From the NCBI GenBank assembly GCA_043228905.1, contig JBHGNT010000004.1, positions 13,330,001 to 13,394,000 on the forward strand: a stretch of 64,000 bases of DNA. Direction: 5' to 3'. Positions 11,253 to 24,483 of this stretch are shown in pieces. The stretch comes from Azolla caroliniana (lineage: Eukaryota; Plantae; Polypodiophyta). Positions within the stretch are counted from its first letter, which is position 1, and every line of letters starts with the position of its first letter. The notes beneath the pieces are model-generated. The model worked only from the letters and a program-made list of their open reading frames with translations, searched no databases and was not told the DNA's origin. A program made the position numbers and the translations under genes.

Positions 11253-12134
11253 TGTTGTGAAAATTCGCCAACTAGTGCGGATCGTGAGGTGGAACCGCCG
11301 GGGTTCTGGACCAGAAGGATTTAGGGCTAAATGATTTATGCATTTTAAGTTTTAAGATGAGATATTTCCCTCAAATAAGAGTAAGATAGTATGAGAAATT
11401 GAATAATACTTAATTATATTAATGCATAAACAAATCTTCGAGTAAGAGAGTATGCAAGATCGAATAATGATTAATTATGCTTATGAGTAAGAGAGTATGA
11501 ATAGCACTAAATTATATCTATCCATAAGCAAAACTTAAATTAAGAGAGTATGAGAGAGGAAACATAAAGAGTTTTTATTACTAAATCATCCATATAATGG
11601 ACTTATTTTGATACATGATTTTTTTATATCCCCCTTTAGGATTAAGAGTATGAGAGAGGAAACATAAATCTTTTCTTCTTCAAATCCCTATCCATCTCCC
11701 CCTCTTCTTCTTAAGAATAGCTCTTATTTATAGGGTTTCTATGGCTTGATTTATTTTTCTCCTAAACAAAAGTTTGTCTATATGAGTCGCATTTTATTTC
11801 TATCATTATTTTATTTTTGTATGTCCAATTAGACATACAAGTTATTTTTGGAAAGCCCTTTGAGTTAGCTTTCTTATGGATCTTTTCTTGTCTAATTTGG
11901 ACATCGAATGAGGAAATTATGAGCTTTTTTCTCTACCTTGCTCCTCAATTCCACGTCTTGCGTTTTTGTTTTTTTCTCTTACTTTTTCTATTTTTATCTA
12001 CTTTTGAAAAACCGCTTCTACTTTACTATCTTTTCATCATTTATTACAAAAGTTGACTTTGCAATATTAGTTTATTTGGACCACTACTTTATTCCCTTTT
12101 GAGGGTGGTTTCGCACTATGTGTCGAAAACATCA
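11253..12134. mobile_element. Solo-LTR-like insertion in copia RT/RNaseH
   Basis: TG...CA ends; interrupts the copia frame; shares blocks (e.g. GAGCTTTTTTCTCTACCTTGC) with the 13017-13746 insert. No clean TSD seen. Confidence 0.65.
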
Positions 12135-13016
12135 TGACCCCGTGTCAGTACAAGAGTCCCCAATCCTTAGTGTCGCTCATATATCGCAATAGTCAATGCG
12201 TGCATTGAAGATGTTCAACAGTTGGTCGTTGCATGAATTGACTAATCACCTCGACCGGATAGTTGAGGTCGGGTCGGGTGATAGTTCAATATATAAGGCT
12301 TCCGACAATTTGTCGGAACCGGGTCACATTGCAGACCGCTCCCGAGTCGAGACATAGCTTCAAGTTCCTGTCAAGGGGTGTCGAGACAGGTCGGCAACCC
12401 TTCATGCCTAATATGAACAACATATTCAAAACATAGTGTCGTTGAGACAACAATATGCCGACGGGGTTGTGGATCACTTCGATCCCGAGGAAGTAGTGAA
12501 GGTCCCCTAGGTCCTTCATCTCAAATGCATTTGACAACTAGGACTTGACTCGGCTGATTTCAGCGAGGTCGGGTCCGGTGATGACCAAGTCGTCGACATA
12601 TAGTAGGATGTAAACCGGACCCTCCAGACCTTTCCAGATGAACAAGGACGAGTCTGGATTGGAGGTCGCAAATCCCATCTTATGCAACCGGTGTGTGATC
12701 TTCGAGATCCCGGGTGGTTGGACCATGTATACTTGTTCTTCAAGATCTCCTTGAAGAATCGTGTTCTTCACGTCCATAAAGATGCCACCCTCTTGTTGCT
12801 ACTACCGCCAACACCACATGAACTGTCGTCATCTTCTCCACTAGTGCGAAGGTCTCATCGTAGTTGATTCTGTGTGTCTTCGGGTATTCCTTGGCTACCA
12901 GTCGGGCCTTGTATTGGTTGACCAAACCGTCGACATTGTACTTCACCTTATATTCCCATTTACAACTAATTGTTTTGCAATCTGGGGGTGTTCAACCAAG
13001 TCCCATGTGTCGTTGG

Positions 13017-13746
13017 TGATGAAGAGAGAGAGAAAAAAGATAGAGAAGAGAAGAGGAAGAAAAAAGAATACTTCAAAATACTATTAAGAAAAGAATACAA
13101 TCCTCTTAGACACCAAGAGGAACAACCCCAAATAACTACTTCAATATACTATTACTAAAATAGTCTTTTTGCCTTCTCTCTTTCTTCTACTAATCGTCTT
13201 CCCACTTCTTCTAATCTTCTTCTTCTTCCTCACTTCTTCTTCTTCACTTCTTCTTGTAGATATTTTATCCTTCCTTGTAGATATTCTATTCTTCCTCCAT
13301 CCCCCATATTGCTAAGAATACCGCATATTTATAGGTTTTTAGTTGCGTTATTCTTGCTTTTTTCTTTTCTTTTCTTTTACATATCCTCGAGTTTGTGTGG
13401 TGCGTTTTTCATATAATTATTTATGGGTTTTCATCCAATTTTTTCATACAAGAAATCTCTCTTTGTCAGCTTTCTTACGAATCTTTTCTTTTGAAATTTG
13501 GATAAGAGATGAAGAAGTTATGAGCTTTTTTCTCTACCTTGCTTTTTCTGCTTAATTTCCTGCGTTTTTCTTCTTTTTCTTTTTTTCTGCTTTTTCTACT
13601 TTTGAAAAACGCCTCTAACTTTATTTCTCTTCAATTTCATTTATCTTTTAACTCTTGGACCTTTCATATTGTGCTTTATCCTTCCATACCTTTGCATCCA
13701 ATGTGTTTGTCACGGTCTTTTCCTATGAGCAAAAATCGACTTCACA
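13017..13746. mobile_element. Solo LTR
   Basis: TG...CA; TSD GTTGG at 13012-13016 and 13747-13751; removal restores copia EEEMLALDAN-DTWDLV. Confidence 0.92.
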
Positions 13747-16176
13747 GTTGGCATCAAGTGCCAACATTTCTTCCTCCATGACCGAAAACCATTTGGGATC
13801 CTGTGATGCCTCCGCATAGCTCTCTGACTCGCAGACTTCGGCCATCTTCATCATGTACTCATAATGGTGCGCCATGTACTCATTATATCCATACCGGATC
13901 ACCAACTTCTTGTGGCGTGTCGATCGGCAAAGCTTCTTGTTTGCTGATTTTAGGACCCTCTTGGCCACATCTGACCTCAACTCTTGAGGTCCGTCTTCAC
14001 TCCGAATGGTGTCGGATTCTCCTAGATCCAACTCTGCTTTATTGGTGTTGTACTCTGGCATCTTCATCTTTCCCTTTTCTTTGAGCATGAACCGTCTCCT
14101 CGGTTCCTTGTGCAGGGAATGCACGACTGAGTCTTCCACTGCTTGTCGGCTCTTCATTGTTCTGGTCTTCCCGACTCAGCTCGTCATTTAGGCCACTCAG
14201 CCGGAATGAAATCGAACTCTCTTCTAGAATGGCGATATCTTCTTTTTCTTCTTCTCGGATCATCTTGGCCTCACTGGCCTCCTCCTCAGTGATTGGGAGG
14301 TCGGAGTTATCGGGGGTTAGAATCGAAAGAGCATACCATGATGTCGACTCGTCGAACACAACGTCTCGGCTTACTCGTACTTGTTTGGTCCGGGGGTTGT
14401 AGCACTTATACCCCTTCTACTCATGCGAGTAGTTGACCAATATGCAGTTTTACGACTTCATGTCTAGATTCTTCCGCTTCTCATCCGGCACATGCACATA
14501 GGCAATGCTATTGAATACCCTCAGGTGTCTCAAGTTTGGCTTTCGCTCGAAATACAACTCGTGTGCCGACACCTTATCTCCGATCTGATTTTGGATGTAG
14601 ACCGCAGTCTGAACCGCTTCGGCCCAATAAAACTTGGGCATGCTCTTCTCCTCCAGCATTGCCCTTGCCACTTCCACAACCGACCGATTTTTTCTTTCAG
14701 CAACGCCGTTCTGTTCTGGCATATTTCTACAACTGAACTCCTGCCGAATTCCCATCTGTTGTAGATAACAGTTGAACTGGCTGGAAAAGTATTCTTTTCT
14801 ACCATCCGACCATAGGCACTTGATCTTCTGGTCTAATTCCCTTTCGACAAGGCATTTTAGGTTCCAGAAACAATCGAAGACTTCATTCTTCTTTTCAATC
14901 AGATAGATCCATGTGTGTTGACTATAGTCATTGATGAAGGAGACAAAATATTGACTCTCACCTAAGCTCACATTTTGTGTCGGTCCCCATACATCTGAAT
15001 GTATTAAGTCAAGCTTGTTCTTGCTCCGGTTTCGCTCATTGGGGAATGGAAGTCGGTGTTGCTTCCTTAGCTAGCAGGCTTCGCAGATTTGGGCCTTCCA
15101 TCCACTGAACTTCGGCAAGACGAATACTACTTGTTTCGATTGCAACTCTTGAAGCCTCTGATAGTTGATGTGGCTAATCTGCTTGTGCCATAAGTCGATG
15201 TTTGACTCGACTTTTTGTCCTTTTGCGAACAGAGCAAGGCCGACGTCATTAGTGTCGAGGATGAACATCCTCCCTTCTCTACGCCCTTGCGCGATAATCT
15301 GACCCTCATCTTCGATGAAGCAGCCAAGGTAGGTGAACCGGACCTGCATCCCTTAGTCCACGATCCGACCGACCGACACCAAGTTCTTTGTGATCATCGG
15401 GACATGCAATACATTCATGAGTCTCCCCTTTTGTCTGATATGACTCAGGCGGACATCACCAACATGTTCGATTGGATGCGAGGTGTCGTCTCCGGTTTCG
15501 ACGACCCCCGATTGCTTCGGTTTCTTTAAATATGAGAACCACTCTTCATGGCTCGTCATGTGGTTTGATGCTCCGGAGTCGACGTACCACACCTCGTTCG
15601 GTTCTGTGGTGCTCTTCTTCATCGAATTAGCCTTGTGCTTCATCACAAAAGGTTGGGAACTTTTTGGTTTTGGATCCTTCTGACCCTTCGGCATAGTGCG
15701 ATCGTTGTTGACTCCCTTGTTAGGCCTTGCCGGATCCGGATTTGTCCGAATCGGCATTTTTCTTCCCGCACGATGACCCTTCCGGCCACAATACCAGCAC
15801 TCCATGTCGGCTTTCCCTTGCCGGTTTCCGGCACCGCCTTGTCTCCCCCTACTTGTGGAGGGTTTAGAGTTGTTGTTGACACCACCTTTGTGCCTTCTTT
15901 CCTGTTCTTATCGGCCGCCACTATTGTGTGCCGATCCACCTTGTCCTCCACGACCACGGGGCCGATCCGCCTCTGTGTACAGCATTCGGTTATCGGATTG
16001 CGTGCTCCTTAACGCACCCGCGTGGTTTTCTTCAACTAGAATTATCAATTGTAGGTCGAAGAATGATGGTGGTTTCTCCCGTGTGCAAATAGCCATCTGG
16101 ATTGGTCCATACCTTTGCGCTAGACCACCGAGACAGATATGTACCATCTTGTCCTCATCCACAGTCACGTTGATGG

Positions 16177-16458
16177 TGTTAGGATCGTGACCGGCAACAA
16201 CCGGTTTCTCATATGTATATTCGAGTGCAAAGAATCGAGAAAGATAGTGCACAAACAAAAATAGAAAACAAAAACTCAAAGTACAGAGACACAGGTAATT
16301 TTAACGTGGAAAACCCGAATGGGAAAAACCACGTGGAGTCCACAAACTCCAAAACGAATCACTATAAGGGGAGGAATACAACACGAGGATTCAAGGCAAA
16401 GACCTTGAACTCTTCTTCATCGATTGACGGCTGCTGAGTTACACACACACTCTCTCTC

Positions 16459-16495
<37 letters not shown>

Positions 16496-16797
16496 TGTCT
16501 AGTTATAGAGGCAACTACCTTCTCAAAACTATACAACAATAATGATCAACTACAACTCCCATACTTAATGGTTGCACTAGATGTATATATACACATACAA
16601 ACATTTATGGCTATTTACAAATATAACCTCCGAATTGGCTTCAACCGATTCGGCTATTAGCCGAATCGATTATCATTCAATTTTCGGCCAGTTGATTTTC
16701 GGCCTCGGCTTGTCAGCCGCGGTCAAGTTTCCCTATTGATTCCATCCCATTCGGTTCATTCTCTTCTTCCCATCCGTAGGGACATGTTTTCCCAACA
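16177..16797 (-). mobile_element. Solo LTR related to the 4067-9495 copia family
   Basis: TG...CA; TSD GATGG at 16172-16176 and 16798-16802. The reverse complement starts TGTTGGGAAAACATGTCCCTACGGATGGGAAG, versus TGTTAGGAAACAGGTCCCTCCGAATGGGAAG; both carry an (AG)n tract. Confidence 0.92.
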
Positions 16798-17730
16798 GAT
16801 GGATCCCAGGGCATCACATATCTCATTTATTTTGGTGGTGTAGTAGGTCACTGTCATATCCTTCTGTCAGATATTGTTAGGCTCTTTCCGGAGCTGCAAC
16901 TTCCGGGCCATGGTACTCGTAGCGAAAATCTTTTTTAGATTTTCCCAAGCCTCCTTCAGCGTCTTTGCATCTTGGATGTAGCCCAATATTTGATCGTGCA
17001 CACAGGACGCAAGACAGTATAGGACTCTGCTTGTTGTTTGCTCCCACACCGGGAAGTCCTTGTGTGTCGGTTCTTGCGCTACCTCATTCATTCCTTCCAC
17101 ATAACTCTAGTAACCATGCCCCAACAGGTACTGGTGCATCTTGTAAGACCAAGATGCATAGTTGTTCCAATCAAGTTTCTCGGTTGGAAGTGAGCTTGCC
17201 ATGCTTTTGTCCATTTCTTCTTCTTTTTCTGTTCTTAATCGGATGTTAGGTTTTGGTTTGTCTGAACGCTTGTCAGCAGCAAAGGATTCTCAACCCTCAC
17301 ACTCTGATACCATGTAAAGAATAGTGTATGGAAGTTGTGACAGACACAACCGGCTGAACCAGATAGCAATAGAGAACAATAAACACTGAGAACAATGGAG
17401 AGAGAGAGAGAGAGAGAGTACGCATGCGAGAGACAGAGGGAGCAAAAGACAAAAAAACTCAAATTCAAAATACCACTCTGTACATACAATGTGCTCTGTG
17501 AGCACTTTTATACAAGTCCTTAAAAGGACGATGAGAAGTATTAACAAGTACTTCAATGTTCATAATTGAGCTACTGACACAAACTCCCATAAATATGCCT
17601 AACTAGTAGACTTGGATTGTAGGCCTCTAACGGCCTACTGGCTCATACGTGGATCCGGCTCTTGATCCAATCCGAACCTAGCCGATCGGTCTTCACCCGA
17701 TCTTGCTCATGTTGAGCTTGCTTCGAAAAA

Positions 17731-19680
17731 ATAGCATTTCGTACGCGCTATGGCCATGATGAGTTTTTAGTCATGCCTTTTGGTTTGACCAATGCTCCAG
17801 CCACATTTCAACAAGAAATGAATGACATCTTCTAAGAACAACTTGGAAAATTTGTCATTATTTTCTTGGATGATATTCTAGTTTATAATTGTACATTAAC
17901 ATGGTAAACATGCCTGCTTTGTTTTACAAACATTGTATTACAAATAGTTCTATGCAAAGATCTCGAAATGCGAGTTCTTCAAGAAATCAATTACTTATCT
18001 CGGACATCTCATAACCGAATGAGGAGTTGAAATTGATCCTTCTCACATTGAGAAAGTCAAACTTTGGCCCAGTCTTCGGAATATTCGAGAAGTTTGATCA
18101 TTCCTTGGTTTTTGTCGGCTTTTTGCGAAAATCTCTTCGTAATTACTCCCAATTGACGACACTATTTACTGATCTTCTAAAAGGTCAAACACGTAAGTCT
18201 ACAAAACTTATAGTATGGAATGCTACACTGGAGCTCGCCTTTAAGGAACTCAAGGACCAAGTGTGCAAGGTGTGAAAGTGTTTTTAGAACTCAAGCTATT
18301 AAACACTAAAAGAATGTAAGGCATGGAGCATTCACATTTGGAGGGCAAGAACATGAATGAAGATCTTAAGGAGAAGTCAAACTAAAAGCAAAAGACATGG
18401 AGAAAAAGTGGGCAACCTAAAAATAGTATGAAAAGAATGGTCATAACTCTTTAATTTGAAACCCAAATATCATATTCAAATATGGGTTGGAAAGCCCGTG
18501 AAGAGAGTTATCTTTAAAATTTTATATCTCTAAATTTGAACTCTGGTGAGGAAGATAACATGATGAGAAGGTTGTTGTGTCATAGCTAAAATAGGAGATG
18601 AAAAACTTCCAAAAAAAGCGTGAAAATGAGAGGAAAGAGGAAGAACAAGAAGATTATAAGAAGTGAGATGGAAGAGGCTAAGAGGGGAGGCTAAAGGCTA
18701 TAAGTGTTTTATTGTATTAGATCTCATTCTAATCAAGGTTAGTGATTTATATACTTATGTTGCATTTGTTTGTAGACTCTATTGACATTAAAATCGTTGT
18801 TGAAGGTGAAGGATTTGAAGAGAATTGAGTTGTTTTGTAGAAGTTTATCAATCACATTAATTACTTAATTACTCTTTATATGTTTTTCGTCTCTCTAATT
18901 ATTTTAGTATAGTATATCCTTATTAAAAGGCACTTCCAATAAGTCCTTACACGCTTAACTTGGAGATCGAAAGTGGAAGAACGTGTGGAATAGAGCAGAA
19001 ACTTCAAACAACTCTACGGAGGTCATACAAACTCCAATTTGGATGTATAACACGTCAAAATCTTCCCCTTTATGAGAAGCATCAATGGTCTAAATTTCGA
19101 GGCAAACAAAGCCACTATCTTGGAGTAATTATTGTTTGAAGGAAGGTTGTTGTGTCACAACGTTTGTGGAGAAAATCACTCCAAATTATACTTAAGGAAA
19201 GACTTCTATATTTCTAAATTATCCTTTTCTTTCTCTACTTGTTTGTAACCATCTTCTTTAAAGTTTCTTCTTGATTTATAAGTCATAAGCTACACTACAT
19301 ATACGTTTGTATGATCCTTAATCTCTTGATCCCTTTTAATTTCTTGAGTTTCTCTCCCTAACTCGTAGCCACCTTGGTCTCTATAATTGATTATAATTCA
19401 GAACTCTCTCTAATCAGTTTGGTCAAGCCCTCATATTGTGTACGAATATCATTTGTCTTATACACTCTATCACAAGGCTCTGTCGCTTCTTTTACCAGAT
19501 CCGTCAAAACCTTTTCAGGTTGAAACCGATGCCAATGATTATGCTATAGTTGTTGTCCTTTATGAAGATGGTAAACCAATCATATTTGAGAGTAAGAAAC
19601 TTGATTCTATTCAATGTCAGTATACCATTCAAGAAAATGACATATTTGCAATTATCCATGCACTACAACATAATTGAATG
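17731..19680 (+). mobile_element. Ty3/gypsy RT-RNaseH fragment (split by a solo LTR)
   Basis: [36 protein letters not shown], then LLPDPSKPFQVETDANDYAI...IFESKKL. Confidence 0.9.
18271..19472. mobile_element. Solo LTR (1.2 kb)
   Basis: TG...CA; TSD CAAGG at 18266-18270 and 19473-19477. Confidence 0.9.
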
Positions 19681-20904
19681 AATAAGATTATTACATATCG
19701 ACTTAAACAAAAGGAAGTACCAAAGTCCATTTGTTGATGCATTTCTAGATCAAGCTCGATTGCACATCAATCGATCACCATCCAACCAAGAAAAAAAACC
19801 AATCAACAAAAAGAACATTAGAAAAAATGCTCTGATGGCAATTGTTAGAGCTTAATCCTAATGTAAGCATATGATAAAGAAATAATAGATAGATAGATGA
19901 GAGAGGAGAGAAAAAGAAGGGTGTTGATCCACCCGACCACCCCTGAGCGAAGGGATCGAGACAGATTCGAGCCTCAATCGACTTCCCATAACACCGTCGT
20001 GGCATCAAGTCATACTTGGTGTTGGCTCTCGCTACAAGAGTTAATCACCACAAGATCAGAGTCTCGTTGTAGTCAATAATGTATCAAATGAGTGTAGTTA
20101 AGCCTTATATTTATAGCCAAACCTAAGGCCCCCAAGCAAGTTCACACTTGGCCTTAATGGGTTGTCTCAATCCCTAGGATTAAAGTAATCCTCCCTTCTT
20201 TACACTCTCGGTTAACCCTCACACTTTATCCATGTGTATAGAATACTACAGTACAATCTTACCACATGATATTATATGGTTATGCCGTAATAGGCAAACT
20301 ACAGAGGGGTGCTCGTCAGAGGGGTGCTCATCGTGCTAAGAGGTGGTTGCCAATATGTGAGGCTAAGAAGGTTTGGTGCTTGCATTGTGATGGTTTGAAA
20401 TTGACTTCAAGAGACTATAATGCAAATTGCTGCAAAAATTGTGGGTGTATCTTTGTCATCCTCAGAAGAAGAGCCTTGATCTTCTCCTCATGGAACAATC
20501 GGTTTCGTGACCTATGGCTAAAGTTGATTTAGCTAAAGGCACACATACGTAGATACATTACATATATCCATCCATCCATATGTTACTAGATGTATGTATG
20601 TATGTATGTATAGATCAAACAAAATTGGCCTCCTATTCTATTTCTATTCCTTCCCCTCCTCATGGAACATCAAACACACACCATTGAATAATAAACATGT
20701 TTTAATACATATGTATATGTATGTATGTACATATATACTAACATTGCTATAGACATACATAGATATTCTCTTCTCTTCTGCTCTGCTCTTTCTCTTTCTC
20801 TGTTCTACTTACTAACTACATACACAGTGCACACACTACACACACACACACACTCTCTCTCTCTCTCTGTCTCTGCGGCGTCATCCGTCATCCGTCAGAG
20901 CAGC

Positions 20905-23900
20905 ATGAGGCCTTTCTCAGATCCACCGCCACCGCCTCCGCCGCTTCTTCTGTGGTTTTCCCTTCTTCACAGCCTCCTCCTTCTGGGTGGCTATCACACT
21001 GGTTGGTACTTTTGTTGTTTCGATTTCTCTGTGTCACCCAACGTTTCCTGTTTTTGTTTCTGCTTCTTCTGTATTTCATGATCAGAGTTTCGGCTCATGC
21101 CCTCTCCAGATCCCCTCTTCCATTCACTATTTAAATGTCTGCATTGGAAGAAAGTATGAGGAAATAAATAAGACATATGCAAAGCTTCTGGAATTCTTCC
21201 CTACTTAGCACCTTTCTTAACTATTAAAGTAGAGTAACCAATCTCATAAGTTCTAAATGGATCAATTTTCTCTAACGCATTTCGTGACCTCTTACAATTT
21301 CAGTTTTCTTTTGATTCTTCTGAAAAATATGTATCCTGATAATTGCGTGGTATGGAATCTTCACTTTTAATACATTCATCAAGATATGTATTTCAGAAAT
21401 TAAAAAAACTGAAAATTCTCTGGTGTCTTTTTCCGGCTAGTATAGTATGTGACGTCCACCACCCCTAGGTGGTGTACTATTAAACTGCGCTATATCCTGT
21501 GACCTTCATACGATTCCAATGAGGGTTTAGATTCTGTATTGTGCAGATGGATAATTTCCTTATCAAGTTTCTCATAGGAGACAAATCATCTATTTGTATC
21601 ATTCCTAAGAACAAAGACTTCTGTAAAAACTTTATTATACCTTATATTTGAAGAAATCAATTTTCTCATCCACAAATAAGTAAATGGCTGAATTTAGTAT
21701 TATGCCAAAGCTAACTTACCAAGTTATTTGGATGTGCCATGAAAGCAAAATTAAATCCATGGGCCAAAAAGAACACTTAGAGGGCTTACAAACAAGCTAC
21801 TATTTCAAAACACCATAACCCCAACAATGATCTTGTCACTGTTCAAGTGCTAATAGAAAAAGGTTAGCTGAAAGGTGAAGGATCATATCTTTGCTTAATA
21901 GACTTCAACAAAGCTTTTGACACGATGCCCCACAAGTATCATCGGAGCCTTATGGAAAAACTTAAAAGCACCAAATAAATAAATGCTTTCAATTTCTCCA
22001 ATATACGAAAAGATGACATGTTGTGTTGTAGGCCTAAAGAAGATAGAATTTCGGATTGCTGGGTGTCGACAGTGATATGTTGTATTGTGTGCATATACGA
22101 GATAGAATTTCAGATTTCAGATAGAATTTCAGATATGTTGAAGGGTGACAGCCCCAAAACTAATCTCTACTTTCAACCCTAAACCCTCACTACACGTTTT
22201 TCTCTCTCTAGATATACTTAATCCAACATTTATTTCATATGACTTTCTAAACCTGCTACTGCTTCATTACAACATTTATTACATTATTTTTTCTCCCCTC
22301 TACTCTACTACTTCAATTTATTATGCTCCTGGGCATAATTTATATCCTTTCATAAATGCATTTGTTAAAAAAATCCAAATAATTTATATTTGATGATTGA
22401 AAAACAAGATGTTTGTGAACGGTCTTGGCACAAGAAGGTGTCGAAGAAGTTCCATTGGGAATGCCATTATCATGCTTTTGCTATATGCAAATGTTTTATT
22501 CTTTTTGCAAATCCCTTAGAAGATGCCCAAAAGTTATGAAAGTTGGGTTATAAATGTGCAAGAACTCCCTATTTGTACATTTATAAAGGTCTTTTCACCC
22601 GGCAGCTCTCTTAAGAACTTTGAAGACATATTTGGGTCACTTGGCCAGTGTAACCTAGTTGTGTCTTAGAATACAATATAATAAGACAAGATACTTTTGC
22701 CCCTAAGATATATTATTTGGGGCTTCAAACAGCAAAGTGTATCTCAACCATTTTCTCTCCATCACTCCAACGCCAAGGGCACCATTACACATAACGGGTA
22801 CCGAAACAAACCTCATGCTCTCTTCCTTCCAATTATGATCAGATCCAGGTTCTCTCTTATGACAGAAGCGTTGCATGTAGAAGAGTTTTGCAAATTCAAT
22901 TTTGGAGATTCATTGAGAATTTCCATGATGAGAACAAGTCCAAGAAAGGAGGAATACCATAAATACCTGTTGTCTGCAGGTATTCTAGCGAAAAAAAGAA
23001 ATACTTTGTTTCTGTAGCATATTCAGATACATTCAGAAACTCTTATATGATTATTTTTACATAGTAACATTATTTTAATTGCTGTTATTAAATTTCAGTA
23101 ATTTAACTTCAGAAATTAATTGATTTAATTTGGTGTTTTGTTTTGGGTGAATGGATTTGACGATATAAGCATTTAATTGGGGAAGGTTAGGATATGAGAC
23201 AACCTATTTCTTATTGAGTGTTACCATGATTTGGAAAATAAGGAGCCAACCACTTCAACAGACCTTGCATGGTCTAAGTTAAATAAGAAAGACATTACAA
23301 TATTCAAATGGTTGTATCAGATTAGTCAAGAACTGTAACACTACTTACAAAGTTTTGGAAAAGCTAAGAACAACATATGAAAACACTACCCATGTAAACC
23401 AAGTGTATTTGATGAGAAAGCAAGTGAGTGTCTATGCAATTGGATGAGTTGAAGAAAGAAAGAAGAAAGATATATTAACGTCTTTTAAGAGGCCAAAATG
23501 GCCTATAAGACCAAACACGAGATTACATCTTACGTGTTGTCTCGTCTTTGAAAACAACAAATCAAAATAGAATAAGTAGTACTTAGTAAATATAAAAGTA
23601 AATAAGATAAAAACAGATGAGGGAATCTAGTTTTCGGCAAATGTGAGATTCTCAAGTTAGACATATTGTAACTTTTGTCTTCGAAAGATCTCTACCATAG
23701 GTCAATCCAGAATGGAGAGGTCTCTGAAGCGAGGGAAGCACCTGCGATGGCCGGAGATAATGGCCTTTATTTGTCGATGGCAAGGGTGCGACGGTCGTGG
23801 TCCATGGGGCCGGGGCCTACGTGCACGACAAATTGCTATTGCCCAATCTATTGTAGTAACCCCTTTGTTTTGTCTTGGGCGGGAGAGTAAAAAATCATCA

Positions 23901-24452
23901 CAATATCATCAACATATAGTATTATTTGTATAGCTATACCTGCTAGGCATGCTCCCGAACCCCCAAATCTCTCTATGTAATGTGATACCTCATCTATATA
24001 GAGACTGACGAGAGTGGGTGATAGTGGGCACCCTTGCTCCACTCCGATTGTGCTGGCCACCACCTTTGACATACCCTTGGGAGACCGCACTTTTCCTGAC
24101 ATAGATTCATAGAGTGCATAAATTCCCCATTGCATATCTGTAGGAACACCAAGGGCTTCTAACTGCTGCATAAGCCGAGCACGTGGCACAATGTCAAATG
24201 CTTTTCGGAAATCCACAAAGCAGTAATAGATCCTCTTATTATGGGCTCTTCCCTCCTTGATAAGGGCTCGGAGGGTCAATATGTGATCCAAAGTTGTCAA
24301 ACCCTTTTGAAACCGTGCCTTGATGATCCAATGTGCGTGCGGAAATGTATGTGAGGACCTTTCGTATGTGCTTAGCAAACAACACAGAAGGACGACAATA
24401 GAATAGACAGAAGATATACGCGGTTTAAGCTTTAATGGAAGCTTGGTTATTA

Positions 24453-24483
<31 letters not shown>

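Larger units (their letters stand above)
10270..17730 (-). mobile_element. Degenerate Ty1/copia element with three nested insertions
   Basis: 5' LTR ~17313-17730; PBS (rc TGGTATCAGAG) 17302-17312; gag, zinc knuckle, WYVDSGASNHM, integrase, RT (YVDDL), RNaseH; PPT ~10370-10380; 3' LTR truncated (~10270-10369). Confidence 0.9.

Noticed and set aside
19730-20530. Possible LTR or coding remnant upstream of nicastrin
   Set aside because: No termini, TSD or recognisable protein motif could be established.
22170-22190. Telomere-like AACCCTAAACCCT
   Set aside because: Under two units; not an interstitial telomeric array.
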